Shown piece after piece: positions 1 through 14,661 of a stretch of 64,000 bases of DNA. The translations under genes and the position numbers were made by a program. The notes under the pieces are model-generated. The model worked only from the letters and a program-made list of their open reading frames with translations. It had not been told where the DNA came from and did not search any database. Source of the DNA: Intoshia linei (Eukaryota; Animalia; Orthonectida); assembly GCA_001642005.1 (NCBI GenBank), contig LWCA01000030.1:8607-72606 (forward strand). The letters are read 5' to 3'. Position 1 is the stretch's first letter, and each line of letters begins with the position of its first letter.

Positions 1-1459
1 CCAATGTCAATAAGGCTGAAATAAAACAAAATATAGCCAGTTATTGGCCCGATATAGGTATATTTGCTAACAATATTTGTATGTAAACACCACTAATAAT
101 ATCATGATATTAATTAAAGTGGCCAGAAACATACGTACTATCACTTTTAGTTTATTTGGAATATATTTTAAGCCGAAAATTTTTATTCGTCATCATAGAT
201 AAGTAGTTTTGGCTTTACATTTATCACCAAATAAAATAAAATTGATAGTACGTATTTTTTCTGGCCACTTTACATTAATGCTTGTACATTGCACAAAAAA
301 ATAAAAAGGAAAAAAAAGGAGTAAAAAGTACGAAGGGCTTTCATTTGTTTTATTTTTTTATTATCATAAAATAATAAATGTAATAATATTATATATTTGT
401 TTATTATATAATTATATAAATAATTAATACAATGTATATAATAGAAAAATACATATATATACCTGTATAATACTAGTGTCATCATCTCTTTGATGGATGG
501 CACATTTTACAATTTTGATATAATGTAGTTATTGTGGTTATCAAAATTTATCATATACTTGTATAAAATGGAATATCTATATGCAGGAATTGGAATTAAT
601 TGATTGCAAATTGACCAATTTAATTAGTATCAATGAAAAGTTGTTAATATTTTATTATACAATGCCAAACTATTTTAGTTGCATTATATTTTATTAGCAA
701 AATGTATTTAGAAAATATTTTTATATTATTTATTTTATTTATTCCTTCGACTTTGGAAATAAAATTGTTTCTGAAAATAAATAAGGCATGGTGGGACTGT
801 GATACGCTAGAACGAGTGTTGACAGTGTCAACTTGACAACTTAATATTGTAATTTTTGAACTACATAAAAAAATTTAATTAATGTTTTAATCCAATTCAT
901 CAATAAAAGGATTCAATTTATATTTTTTCAGTTATATGAAAAAGCCAATTAATTGAAAAATTAATATTTTACAAAAAATTAGTTGGTTTATACCAAATAA
1001 TTAATTGCTATCAATTATTTCCAATTCCTGTATTTTCCATATAATTCGAATAATTCCTGTGTTTTCTTTTAATTTAAAAATAAAACGTCCTAGAAATAAA
1101 AAACAAATAATTTAGTACAGTTTTTCTAGATTAATATTTTATCGTAAATTCATTCTCAGAAATTAAGACGATCAGTATCAAAAACCTAAACAACCTCTTT
1201 TTCTAAACGAAAAGAATATTCCTAGAATTTTAAAAAAAAATAAATTCTAAGACAATATTAAAATAATTTTCAATCTGCTAATATTGATAATTTACAGTTT
1301 ATTTTATTGTGTCTTTGACGGAATGGTATCCTCTAGTAAAAAGATAAGGACCCATGTATTATACCGTAATCATTTGTATCATATCATCAATTTTTGGTAA
1401 AAATTGATCAACTTGAAATAAAAAAAAATTTATTTTGTTAATGCGAATATTTACAATAG

Positions 1460-4400
1460 TTGTTCAAATGTTGCGTTTCAAATTATCTCATGGAGAAACA
1501 ATTACAAAAGAAGATGACTGTCCAATGTAATACTTTACAAAAATTATTTATCATCAAATTTAATACTAGCGGCTTTAGTTAGGCAACCACAAATAAACTA
1601 ACCCTTAAGGGTAAAATCCAGTTTTACCAACCCTTTATGGAAAATTTTTGATCTTTTATGAAATAGTTTATGCAATTTTATAAATCTTGCGTAATTATTT
1701 ATATAAATTCACAGTAAACCATTCAATACATAAAATATACACTTTTTCAATTCAATAAGGGTTAAGGCAATAACATTTTATATAATGAAAAAAACTTGTC
1801 TTACAAATTTTCATTTTTTAAACTTAAATGGAATGTCATGTTTGCATAGAGCAATTTAATTCAACACCTAAAATGAAAAGAAAGCGTGTTTTAGAATCGC
1901 ATAGCATAGTTGGTAAAAGTGGAATTTTCCCTTAAGCATTAGTTTATTTGTGGTTGCCTAACTAAAGCCTCTAGTATTCAATGGGATAATAAATAATATT
2001 TTTAAATGTTTTTTATATAATTTTCAAGTGATTTAAAATAAAAAATAATCAAAATAAATAAAAGAAACAAAAATTTTTTTATAAATATTAAAATCAAACG
2101 AAAAAATTGGATTTTTATTTTTAGCGTTGGTAGAACTGGAATTTTTCCTAACGGATTGGTAAATTTTGATTTTTAATAAAAATGGTTGGATTGAGTTGAA
2201 ATTTAAAAATTTAGAATTTAAATTGGTGTCAATATTTGACATATATACTCTTTTATAACTTTTCATCAATTTTTCCTAATAGGAATTCCTAATCAAACGG
2301 GAGATTCACACCTTAACAGTGGATATTAACAGTTGAAACCTTCACATTGACCTAAAATTATATATAATTTTAAATATATTTTTTTATTTCTAACTAATCT
2401 TTTCGATACAGTATAGTAATTTAATTATTGGACCTTGACGGTTAAATTTTCCCACTACTAATGTCATTTTCATTTTACAAAAACTATAAACTTTTAATCT
2501 ATAAAATAAATAAAATATTTAATTTTAGAGAAGAAATTAAACGCAGGCATGATGTTATCAACACGAAAATTTTAGCAAAAATATATTACAATAATAAATT
2601 AGCTACAATTATTCAACCAATGTAATTATCATATTATTACATTTCATAAATTATTTAGTTTATTAACACATGACTTTAATATTCAATTTTTAACTCAATT
2701 TACTCTCAAAATTGTAGAATGGCCAAAATCAGTTGAATTAAAAGTAATTTACAATATATAATGTAGAATCAACCATTCCGGCATATTTTTTTGTACAATA
2801 TTTCGATTTTCAGCCAGTAATTTTAATACCTCTTCTTCGTTGCCGTCGTTGTAGAGCTCTACTACAAATTAAAAAATTTTATTTTACTCAGGGTACTATT
2901 TTAAAATTTAAACAGACACGAGCCGAATGAATCAGGATTTCGCCCCTTGTAGGGCTCAAAAATTTAATATTTTGTCTTCACATCTAATTTCATGTTCAAA
3001 AATTTTTAACTGAAAAAATTTAGATTTACGAAATGAAAGGATGTTTAAGTCATGTATTATCCCGTATAAATTTGCCTATACCAGATTACAATCAAACCGT
3101 CACAAACAGCATTTTGGATTGTTTCGAGTTTAGTTCAGATATTAAAAAAATGCACCATCATACAGCCGTAGGCTCAGGTTAAAATAGTATACAAAATTAT
3201 TTAATTCCACATATAGGTACAGCATTTACAGTTGATTGGCCTGCAGTAAATTTAAAAAGTTCCAGAAAGAATTTAAATGAGGATGATGGTGATAAAATGG
3301 AAAATTTAACAATGGCAGAATATACAACATTCAATTTATTTGCAAGTTTATCATGGAATGTAGACAAGAATGGAAATATTTTAGCACCAAAAATACAAAC
3401 AAAAAATAATCAAATTTATAATTCGCTTCTTAACGTCGACCCCATAGCCGCAATCGGAATGTCAGGATTATGTAGCATGTCAAAATTAACAAATTGGACC
3501 AACAAGAACAGAATAGATCCAAACGACCCAGTTAATGCTGAAATTGTTTACCTTTTAAAATCTTTAGAAACAAATTACACTATTAGCAATCAAGTATTTA
3601 GAGTAGAACCTTTAATAAAACCATTTAATTTCGTGGATGATATAACCTTGAATAATTCTAATCGGTTCAAATTGTTGACATTTAGACAACAGGGAATAGA
3701 TAAATATGTTGGGTACACCTTTATACCAATATATAACAAGGAAGTTTCAACAAATATGATTAAACTAAATCAAAACGAAACTGTACTAGACGTTTCCATC
3801 AAAACAACGGATATCATCCAAAATAGACGAAAATCGGTTATAGCATATATGAAAAAAATTAGAGAACAAGTTATGCGCCGATATAAACTTTCAAACAATC
3901 AGAGCGTTCTGTCTGATATTGTCGAAGAAGAAATGGTACCCAATATTGGTGAAATTTTCCCAAAAATCTTGAAATTAATGGAACCTAGAAGACCTCTCAG
4001 ACCAATCCGTAAGGAAAGAAAATCAGCCACCAGTCAATTATTCTTGAGCACTGGATTAAAAGTGCTTATAAACATTGTTAGAGCGTTGGATGTACCTGTT
4101 AGAGTAGAAAGTTTAAACAGGGATTCTAAAGACAAATATCAAAACATGGAATCATTAGTAAATCCCTTTATTCAAATCATGTTTCAACGAAAGGTTTACA
4201 ATACTTTTATTGCTGATGGTCCAAATCCCAGTTGGAATGTCGAACTTGAATTGGATTATAATGCTCCAAACGGTGATTATACAATGGTCAATTTACTGTC
4301 ATCTAATGAAACCATATTTCTTTCTCTATTTGATAATTTTGTGGAAGAGTCTGTTGATGATGAATTTAGAATAAAAAATGAATCTGCATTGAAAGGAAAA

Positions 4401-7400
4401 TTTAATAATGAAGATACTAATGTTTTTGCCAATAGTAGCAGTGTTAAGCGTCGTATCGAAAAAAGGTGGCTAGGAAATTTGGAAATACCTTTTTCGTCTT
4501 TATTTTCAAATACACATTTGGAAGGAACGTTCTGTTTAAATAAACCGCCAGTTTTGTTGGGTTATAAATTTAAGAATGAAAATAAAGATCGTTCCGGTAC
4601 AGAAAAAACTTATTTAACTCTTTTTGCTACATTAGAACCTCCAGTTTCTATAGCATCCAACGTTGTACAAAGAGTATGTCTTAATGCTTAAATATTTTAA
4701 ATTCAATCATTGTATATTTTTAGTTTGACAGTAATGAAAGCGACGAAATTTTAGATTATGCTGAAAAATGGACGGCAGAATTAAATCTCAAATTTAATAA
4801 TCGTTACTTTATGGTTACAGCAATTGATATTAGTGGTAGATCTGTTGTTGCTACACGTTTTTGCACGTCTGATGGAATCAAACCACCTGATGAGTTACTC
4901 ACCGGAAATTCAGACGAAGAAAAATTAGTAATGCAATATTAAATTTGGTTTTAAAACAACAGTTTCTTATATAAAAATTTGTATTATCTGAAATAATGAT
5001 ATCAAAACTGGATTTGATATTGGGTCCCATATAAATGCATAAAAGTCTCTGGATTTCCAAATCTAATTTTATAGAAAGTTTGAGAAACTCGGCAATATTT
5101 TTAAATTATTGCTAAATTATTGAAAATCTTTATTTTTAAACATACAATTTTGATTATTAATGAAGTGTTTACATATCCGAATAAGTAGTTTGTATAATGT
5201 ATACTTTACATCGGTATCACATGTATCGTTTCAAATGAAGTGATTTAAAATTATCTTTAAAATTTTGCTTAGTAAACTAATATTTAGAAACGATTGGCAA
5301 GATTTGTTTCTTTGATACCGTTTATCTCGGACGCTGAAATGTTTTCTGGTATTTGTGACATTTGGAGTACTTGTGATGTAATTTTTTATATGATTGAAAT
5401 ACTTATTGTTGAATTATGTGAGGAGTGACCAACTTGTTATGACGACTAATGGGCATGAAATATCAGGTTGAATTTTTCTGTTATTAGAAATCAATTATAT
5501 TTGCTCAGATTCTATTTTAGAGTTAAAAATGATGCATTTTTTGATATATTTTATTGTATCGATTCGGACTATATATCATTTTATCTGTATGTATAATAAG
5601 TAATATATGCAAATCTGAGGTGAGAATAGTTGTAACTTATAATTCATGAATCATCATATCATAATGCAAATCCGCAACTAAATAATAATTTAAGAGCGGT
5701 TTTAGAATCCAAAGTAAATATCCATTAATACTGATATCTACTTGTTGGTCACTCCTGAAATATTACATATTATTAGTACGATCAGTGCCGAATCTACGTA
5801 CCCGAGACCTTCTTTGGTGAGAATATTAAATTAGATCATTAAAAAAATTATATTCTCCATTATCATAACTATTTTGTATGGTAAATTTTAAATGTCAACT
5901 CAACAGTTTTAGAAAGATGGCTAGGGCTATATGACACTGCGGATGGTGAAAAATTTTTTAAAGAAATCTATTTTTCATTTGCTGGTGGCCTCAAGCTTTC
6001 TAGGTTCGGTGCTGATAGTAATGTACGAAAAATACGATAATAATATTAAATTTATAGCAATTTATACACATGTTACAAGGGGACGATGAAGAGCATGCCT
6101 TATTACTACTGGCTTATTTTAAATATATTGAAATAGAATGTTGGTTATTAATGTGTAATGCAATACCTGAAGGGAAAACAGCCTACGTGTTGACATATGA
6201 TAAGAAAGGTGCTTATACTATTTGGAATCCAAACACTGGTGAAAATTTTTCACATAATGATCCTTACTGTCCAGTTCAAATAGTTGGATGTTTAATCAAT
6301 CATGAAAATGTATAGTTTAAAATTATATACATTAGTCATAATATTATTTTATTTCAATATAATTAGATTTGGGTAAACATTCAACCTATTGCTAAGCCAT
6401 CAGAAGTCGATTTTAATACATCAAATATAAAGAAATGGACTCCATTTTTCAACAGAAAATTTCCAAATAATGGAATTTCATCTATTCAGGTATATTCAAA
6501 CTGATATAAAGTACATGCAGTAGTTTTCAAATGGGTGATTGAATGTTTGGAGATTTAAAAAATTGCATTTTATCATCCTTAGAGGTCACTTTAGTTTAAT
6601 TTTTTAAAAAAAGAGTAGCTGGGTTTTTAATCATGGAAATTCACTTTTTTGAAATTTGGATTTATGATAATGCGTATGATTTTAAAAAATATTTTAGAAT
6701 TTATATTTTACAAAATTCTAGGACTTTTTCTATTTTAAAAGAATGTTGGTTTTACCATGAAAGTGGACGTTTTTATGAGGCTTTCTAAAAATTCATTTAA
6801 AACGCGTTCCAGAATATATTTTTTTAATTTTAAGGCTGATTATATTTTTAAAACGGAAATTAGGTTTTTGACCCTGAAGTATGCAAATTGAGAAAATGAA
6901 ATTTGCGACACTGTATCACTCTCGAAAACCTGTGTTAGAAATTGGGTTTTTTTAAATAAACGGTAACACAGACATACACATACATTCAATTGTATATTAA
7001 TAAATATAATAAAGCATATTAATAAAATGACTTAATTATTACGATGCAATAAATTTTATTGAATTTTATTATTTTATTAACAATATGAATAAAATATTAT
7101 CAAATAATATTGAGTCAATAAGCACATTACATGTGTCCAATTTACTGTTGATTTACATTTTTATGTGAACAATTTAGCCCAAATTCATAAACTATTCAAA
7201 ATCTGATACATCTGGAGCGATAAATTTGCAATACAGTTTAGAACAAAAATTGAAAGAAAAGGTGATGCAATGGAGACCAAAATACATTACTCGATGGAAT
7301 AGACATTGTATTCATACATTTAGAACCCTATTACAAAAGTAAAACTATACATACAATATTTGAGATTTGAAATACAATGTATACGTTTCATAGATTAGAA

Positions 7401-7797
7401 GAAAATAATGGAATAGGAAATTATGATGAACATTCAGAGGAACTTTCCACTATATTAGCCTCATATAAAGTAAATTTTCGATATCTATACTTTTTTATAC
7501 TAAAAATTAAATTGATTACCTATATAACGATTATAATACAATTTGTACAATATACATTTAGTAAAAATACATATAATAATAATATTATAGTATACACGTA
7601 TATTATAGCTATCCGGATTTCCCATAAACATTAAATATTTGGACGAAGAAAGTTTAATTGAAAATGTATATTCCACAGGTGTATATGATGTTGATAACCA
7701 AGATGTTGAATTTGCCTTGGCCATTTATGTTCACCCTTATCCAAACAATATTATGTCAGTATGGGTGTATATTGCATCAATGATTCGGAGAAGATGA
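1460..7797 (+). CDS. CC2D2A: Coiled-coil and C2 domain protein 2A (MKS6), ciliary transition zone; 5' part lies upstream of the window
   Basis: In-frame GT-AG exons 1460-1526, 2529-2621, 2659-2743, 3024-3177, 3217-4673, 4724-4927, 5288-5377, 6058-6309, 6367-6489, 7178-7338, 7394-7469, 7609-7797. Family motifs: [21 protein letters not shown]2 domain (ADGPNPSWN), [11 protein letters not shown]-terminal [22 protein letters not shown]. Confidence 0.95.
1562..1978. mobile_element. MITE with ~58 bp terminal inverted repeats, in a CC2D2A intron
   Basis: 1562-1620 (aatactagcggctttagttaggcaaccacaaataaactaa...) is a near-perfect reverse complement of 1920-1978. Confidence 0.85.
5420..5757. mobile_element. 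hAT-type MITE
   Basis: TIR aggagtgaccaac / gttggtcactcct(g); target-site duplication (TSD) not clearly preserved. Confidence 0.6.
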
Positions 7798-8178
7798 AGC
7801 CGTTTCTATTTAAATATATGTACAAAAAATTATTAAATTTTTTTCAACTTATACAATAAAAAGACACTGCGTAAATTGTGAATTAAAAGATTTAATTTTT
7901 TTGTAATGATTAATATCCTATATAAATTTAAGCCGTTAACAATCTCTTTCAAGTTTAAACTAAAGACATACAATAAATCTATTAGTTACCAAAGAATACA
8001 CTAAAATTATATGTGAGTTATACAATTACGATGAATTTATTAAAATTAGCAAAATTGAGGTAAATATACAATTAGTGACGACTCTTCCTCAAAAACGTTA
8101 TTTTAGCTCACTGTCGTGCTGCCGTAGAAATTATTTTTAGACAAACAATGTTAACTAATAATACTGAATAATATAATA

Positions 8179-8643
8179 CAGTAAATTCTGTCTATAACAA
8201 TAAGTATTGAGTTTTTCTTATAAATAGGGTGGCAGGTTCAATTTGCTTGGTGAGTCAAATGTGATAAAACAATTATTACGCATGCCGCACAAAAAAATAT
8301 CTTTACTCAAATCATTATTAACTAAAATGTATTAATTAATTAATATAACGAAACAAGAAACAATAATGGAATAAGTGCATAGCTAATTCTAAAATTGTAA
8401 ATTGTAATCAGGAATGAATAAATCATGAAAAATATGTAAAAAAAGAAATATGGGTGAAATATTTTGTTATAATGCACATTCTATAATTGGGGGCCGCATA
8501 ATTGACATCCCTGTTATAGATAGAGTCGAACATAAGTTTAGTTCATAATGAAAATGTGAGTACATTAGTGCATAAAATTTACTAAACTATGGAAATATTG
8601 AAAACTGTTTTTATAGAGAGTGTTCTTATAGACAGAGTTACTG
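8179..8643. mobile_element. pogo/Tigger-like MITE
   Basis: TA|cagtaaattctgtctataa ... ttatagacagagttactg|TA: TA duplication with CAGT termini. Confidence 0.8.
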
Positions 8644-10719
8644 TACTTGACTTAAGTAACTTGACTTGACATTTTAAATATAATTCACAAATTTTTATGA
8701 TATCCAAGAATATGGTTATATTATTTTAAGTTATAATATAGTATTATTTTATAAATATTGTATTTAATTCTAATAGTATATTTTTATATTATAAATATTA
8801 TAACTGCCAATATGATCGAAAGGGACAAAATGGGAAAACATGATAAAAACTTACAATTAAAATTAAAAAATAGTAATAATTTTGTCTTAAAAATTTGACG
8901 TTAATTTAAAATTTCCAAGTATATAATTAGCGATAACTCATTTTGAACCATATTCAATTTTATCACACATGTATCTATAGGTATATGGATCTAACTAGCC
9001 AATATCGAAATCAATATACATTTTTTATATATAGATTAATCTGGCAAGCTACAATCTACAAGCATCTATTTTGAATCTTGCCATATTTTATTTTGTTTAA
9101 AATTCTATATTTTCTAAATAAAGACTGTATTTCTTGTTTTCATCGTTTTATTTCATTGTATCTTGCATGTCGTAATATTATATAAAATTAATCATTTCTT
9201 TTTAAATTGCCTCTAGATAAAAAGATAAAAATTTAGATTTGAGTTATTACAATTTGATTGTAGGGATAATTTATTCATATTAATTCTTCAGGCAATAAAA
9301 ATGTAAAATATAAATCAAAAAAATTAAAAATTTTTGAAACGCGATAATATTATTCACCATCAAAAAAATAGCATATTACAGGAAAATAAATAATATTACA
9401 GAAAAATGTTATAATTATAGTTATAAATTTTACTGTAATATTGATTTGTTGGTCCATAATTATGCACCCTTTTTGAAATTGATAATTTTTCGAAATAATA
9501 ATTTATAAATATTAATTAACCATTACACCAGGAGGGGCAACCAGTTGCCCACATAATAATTTTGGTGGCCCTTTAATATTGGGATTAAAATTTTAATTAT
9601 TAATAGAATATATTGTTACATTTAAATAATGAAAAAAAATATTTAAATAATTTTAATTTGAATGATAAATTTATCAAAATTAATACTGTTTTGCTATTAC
9701 CTACTTCAAGAATCTTTTTGTTTCCATAAAATTACTTATAAATAAAACAGTTCTACTATAATTATAATTATAATTGGCTCAATATCAACGTGAAATCTAT
9801 CATGTGTAAATTTTCAAAAACTGGTCCGCAGAATTTTTTGATATAAAAAAGTGGCTAGGAGATTCAAAAGGTAGCCGACACTTACATTACACTATTAGAC
9901 ACGACATTTTACATTTATACAAAAATGCATATTTAAAATCGAAGTTTGAAAGCGATTCTGATGAAATATAAATTATAAAAAAACTGGATAATTATATACG
10001 GTTTTACTCCCTAGAATGAACCCTACTAATGAAAAATCGAAAAAAACTATTTTCTAGCGTTTCTTTAATTTATCAAATATGATTATTTTATCATAAAAAA
10101 ATTGAAAATGAACTGTATACAACTGTGTAATAGTGTGTTCAACTTCTAAGAATAAACTTATTTTTAAAAATTTTTAATTTGGCCAATCAGATTGGTTTTT
10201 TAATCAATGCATTGGAAAATTGCATACTTATTAACAATTAGACTTTAAAATACAAATACAATTTTATTCTCCTATAACTCTTCTCATAATTAACAATCGG
10301 AAAAAAGTATTTATTATATATATATAATAATAACAATTTATTTAAAATTGTATATTAACTTAATATACATTTTTATTTCGGCCAATCCTGTTGTCTTTGT
10401 ATGTGAAATATTCACAACTGCAACATATTAATCAATAAATGATTCATCTTCATTTTTATTAGATTCTCAAACAATATTAATAATATCTTCCTTGTTGTTT
10501 TCTTCTACTATCTCAAAACAATTTAGATTTTCATTACATTCATTTTCATTATTATGATTATAATATAATAAATTATATTTATTATATTATTATTTTATTA
10601 TTTATACATTATATTATTAGTTATATATGTAGTTCATTTATATTTTAAAAATATTTTATAATAATAAGTGTTATAAATTTACTCAATTTTTATATTTAAC
10701 TACGCAAAAAATCACTTAA

Positions 10720-10985
10720 AATTGTACTTGATACAAATAACATTCTGACATTTTGGTTGAAAATTAATAAAGATTATCCGAACTTTTAAATTTGGCCGTT
10801 AAAAAGTTTATTCTATTTTGTAGCACATATTTATTTTGAACATGCCTTTTCCTAATGAATATACATGTATCTCAAATCTAAATTGCGAAATCGTCTCAAG
10901 GTAGAATCTGATCTAAGAATTAAATTGAATTAAATATAAAACCAAATATAAATTTTCTTGTTGAAAAGAAACAGTTGCATATTTC
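10720..10985 (+). mobile_element. Degenerate Buster/Charlie-type hAT transposase C-terminal (dimerisation) remnant
   Basis: Frameshifted translation KDYPELLNLAVKKFILFCSTYLFEHAFS...KSKLRNRLKVESDLRIKL matches the Buster hATC motif. A hAT-like right end (ttttagaacaactg) lies near 11389. Confidence 0.7.
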
Positions 10986-11008
10986 TTTTTCAAATTTATT
11001 TATCAATA

Positions 11009-11226
11009 CAGTATTCTCTCCACAACTCGCTAGTTATCTAAGTCGCTATTAATTTAAAATATAAACTAAGTTTTAAAACGATTTTTCGAAATAATTTAAG
11101 TTATTTTGTATTAAATTTTACAATTTTAATTACAATTAATGTTTTATCTGCTGTTTCTAGTTTTAAATTCCCTATCTGCTAACTTTTTCTAAATCTCAAT
11201 AATGACGAACTATAGAGAGAATACTG
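11009..11226. mobile_element. Tigger-like MITE nested in the hAT remnant
   Basis: TA|cagtattctctc...gagagaatactg|TA. Confidence 0.8.
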
Positions 11227-11598
11227 TATATAATTTTTTTTATAAAATTTATATAAATTAATCATTTGATTTAGTTTCAACTAATAAATGCATCATTGTT
11301 GAATTTTCTTAGTTTATTATCTATAAAAATATTATATAGGGGTCCGCTAAAATTGGGGGTTCGTCAAATTTAAAGTTTTAGAACAACTGATAAATATTTA
11401 TAGATATTATAATACAGGATCATGTACAATGTAAATTGTACATGTATATAAATTACAATATTTTACAACACTTTCAATTATCTTCTAGAAAATCCTGTGA
11501 AGTTCAGGAATAAGAAATTGAACATGAAACACAAAAATCTATCAACAAACTGGTTGCATCACTAGAAAGTAAAACCAATATAATGGTAACCACTAGAG

Positions 11599-12028
11599 TA
11601 AGGTTTCTTAACCAGGGTACTAGCATCCCTAGGGGTGCTAGAATTAATTTCAGATGTGCTAGAAAAACTATTATTATTTTTTAAATTTTGAATAAAAAAT
11701 GTTAATAAAAAAATTAAATTAAATGTATTTTCAAATTTTTTTTATGTTGAGTGGCCGGGTCCAAACTCAACCAATTTGAATAATTTTTTCAGGAAAGTGA
11801 TCACCATCACCAATAATAATGATGGGGAAAAATATTTTTGATCTTTGAATATGGTGATCACCCTAATGTTCATTTATTGATTATGTTCAATAAGGGGATC
11901 TTTTAAAATCTCAATAAAATACGATTTTTAAGTTGAATTTTAAGGTATCATTTTTTATTTTCTAGGGTACTGGAAATACTTGATCTGGCTAACGGGGTGC
12001 TAAATTTAAAAAAGTTTAAGAAACCCTG
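11599..12028. mobile_element. hAT MITE, same family as 63240-63542
   Basis: TIR taaggtttcttaa / ttaagaaaccctg; 8-bp TSD cactagag / aactagag. Confidence 0.85.
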
Positions 12029-12765
12029 AACTAGAGTGTTAATGATTAATTGACTATAACATTTTTAAATTAAATAATATATTTAATTATAATTATCGAT
12101 AAAATAAATCAAATTGAATAAAAATAAATACAAGAAAATTGAATAAAACACGTTTAAATAAGATAAAACATGATAAAAATATAATCTACCTAATGAAATT
12201 TGTTTATGGTTAAATTATTGCAGATGTTGTATCATAAATTAATAAATATTGCTATCGAACATTATCAATTCATAATCTAGACACTTGTTCAAGTTACGCC
12301 CATTTTTCCCACTATATAAGAGAAAAAAATGTTTATTAAATTCATTAAATTTTATTTATAAAATAGTATTTTGGTTTTCAAGTATATTTTTTAATGTATC
12401 ACATTATTTCTTTTTGAACATTGTTGATTATGTTATGATTGTCACAATGCATTTCTAGTTTAATTTAGAAATGTATTCTATCGATCTTAATTTAATTATA
12501 CATTCATACTACAATTTCAGTGATGTGTTAATTAAACTCGGTCCAAGACATTTCTACACACTTCAATAATAAGAAAACTTAGGATTTGCTAACTAGGATT
12601 ACAATTATCAATCATATATAAAATATGTAAACTTATGATGAACTAGTAACTTGTGATCTAGTGAAAACTTATGACTGAACTTCTCAACCAACTATGCCGC
12701 TAGAATTATATCGGGATATTGAACAGTCCCTGTCTAAGAATTAGTTGGGCAGTGATAGACATGTT

Positions 12766-14196
12766 CTATATATCAATATGCAAGTCTGCAAAAATGTAGA
12801 ATAAATATTTAATATTATTAGGAAATATATTAACAAAACGTAAACATTTTTTAAAAGCATAAACAATTTTTTTAAATCTACAAGAAATGGTGGAAGTACT
12901 AGAAGAAAAAATGAGTGCGACATTATCGTGACAAAAAGATTCAATAAGTGTAAGTGAATTGACATCAACTGAATAAAGATGCATGTCTCCATTCTCAAAA
13001 ATACAAATTAGGTAAAATTCTGGCATGTATACTTCATTATCATTAACCCAATTGATGAATTTTGGAACATGATAATTTACGAGTTGACAAGTCGGAAGAT
13101 GAACATGAGAATTTCTAACAAAAATGTACCCATCATCAGAGCAGGTAACAAAAATATTTTGATATTTTGGGTGTATAATGATGGCATTCACACGTGTTAA
13201 ATGTGCCAAATAATTAAAATCCACATTTTCAAGATTTAAATCAATTTGCACAACTTGTCCAGCTTCAGATCCAATAATAGCAATAATTTTATTATGTGAA
13301 TTTGCCGCATTAGAATCATAGAAATAGGCAAAGGTTGAAATACCCAAAATTAACTTTTGTAGAGATGTATCCAAAACATTTAAATTTGAAACATCGCATT
13401 GTTTAACCATTTGTAATTTTTCATAAAATTTCCATAGAATAATTATTCCGTCTTGTGAACTTGAAATAATGTACTGATTGTCACTTAATGTACGTTTTTC
13501 TATCCAGAAACCACAGGTAATGATGTCAGAATGACTAACACTAGCAACATCATTGGAAGATGAAAGGATGGGGTTATTTAATGTTTTATTGCAATCGAAA
13601 ATCATTATTTCACCCATGAATGTTCCAATTAAATAAATGTTTGGATCAGTCAAGTGCGATTTTATAAAAGATGCACATGTTGATATTTCGTAAATTTCCG
13701 TTTTTGATTCACTTATAGTTGTTATTGTGATATTACTCTTGTGCCAACAATAGCCTTCATTGTGCTTTTCTTTTTTGTATCCAGTTACAAATTTAGTTGA
13801 GTCACAATTCCATGACATGCCACTGGCTATAAAAGTTTCATCCATTTTGTTGTATTCAATAGATTTTTCATTGTCAAAAAATTTCAGTTTTGAATTATGG
13901 ATTTTATTTTCAAAAGGGTCAATTATGTTGGGACGTTTAAATTCTCGAAATATTATTTTTTTCATTTTTTTTGCAAATTTTTCCAAGTTTTTTTCCTTTT
14001 TTATATCAATTTCTATGGGTTCAATTGGTACGTTTTCTGATTGAACATATTTATCTGAAAATTTTATCGATTGACAGGACTTATTAACATAGATAAACTG
14101 TACGGTTTGTACTTGTTGTGAGGCTTGATTCACATGCTGTAATTTTTCAGGTATTGAATTAAATTCCACAATGAGAGGTTTACTGTTGTGGAACAT
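12766..14196 (-). CDS. WDR34: WD40 dynein-2 intermediate chain, WDR34/DYNC2I2-like (retrograde IFT motor)
   Basis: 476-aa ORF. SWNCDSTKFVTGY, HLTDPNIYLIGTFMGEIMIFD, SHSDIITCGFW, IIGSEAG and IFVTCSDDG align with WDR34 blocks. A short 3' intron is possible (acceptor ttgcag near 12786). Confidence 0.75.
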   Translation of the reverse strand: MFHNSKPLIVEFNSIPEKLQHVNQASQQVQTVQFIYVNKSCQSIKFSDKYVQSENVPIEPIEIDIKKEKNLEKFAKKMKKIIFREFKRPNIIDPFENKIHNSKLKFFDNEKSIEYNKMDETFIASGMSWNCDSTKFVTGYKKEKHNEGYCWHKSNITITTISESKTEIYEISTCASFIKSHLTDPNIYLIGTFMGEIMIFDCNKTLNNPILSSSNDVASVSHSDIITCGFWIEKRTLSDNQYIISSSQDGIIILWKFYEKLQMVKQCDVSNLNVLDTSLQKLILGISTFAYFYDSNAANSHNKIIAIIGSEAGQVVQIDLNLENVDFNYLAHLTRVNAIIIHPKYQNIFVTCSDDGYIFVRNSHVHLPTCQLVNYHVPKFINWVNDNEVYMPEFYLICIFENGDMHLYSVDVNSLTLIESFCHDNVALIFSSSTSTISCRFKKIVYAFKKCLRFVNIFPNNIKYLFYIFADLHIDI

Positions 14197-14661
14197 GTCA
14201 ATTTTGTAGTTTTATCTAATTTTTGATTTGTTTTTCTGTACAACCAAGTAATAATTTGAACATAGCAACTCATTATTATTGTTTATTTTTTCAATCATGG
14301 TGCCGGTATGTAAATCTCTCTCAATACCACCATTTTGATGTTTCAATAGTTATGACGATATTGAGACTATGATGTTGTAGAGACTAGATCATGGATACGG
14401 TTACTATATATGATTAAACAGTAAAATAGTAAAATAATAATAATATTGTGGCAATATTGAGAGGTCTGTCCGTATATGGTTTCAACACTGCCAGCGAATA
14501 TAATACTTAATATTCGGATGGTTACGCTTTAAATTTTAATGGAGCATACAGAAATGAATTTAAATAATTTAAAGTAGTGTAGTAACGTTAATAATGTTTA
14601 TTTAAGTATACATATTATGTAGACAATATCTAGATATAACATATTAGTCTTAGACATAATA

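Noticed and set aside
270-2269. Short ORFs 270-503 and 2033-2269 and similar F/I/K/N/Y-rich ORFs throughout
   Set aside because: Their composition is what random AT-rich intron or MITE DNA gives, and they contain no motifs.
10380-10560. Acidic coding-like stretch on the minus strand
   Set aside because: It has two in-frame stops and no usable splice context; probably a decayed transposase tail.
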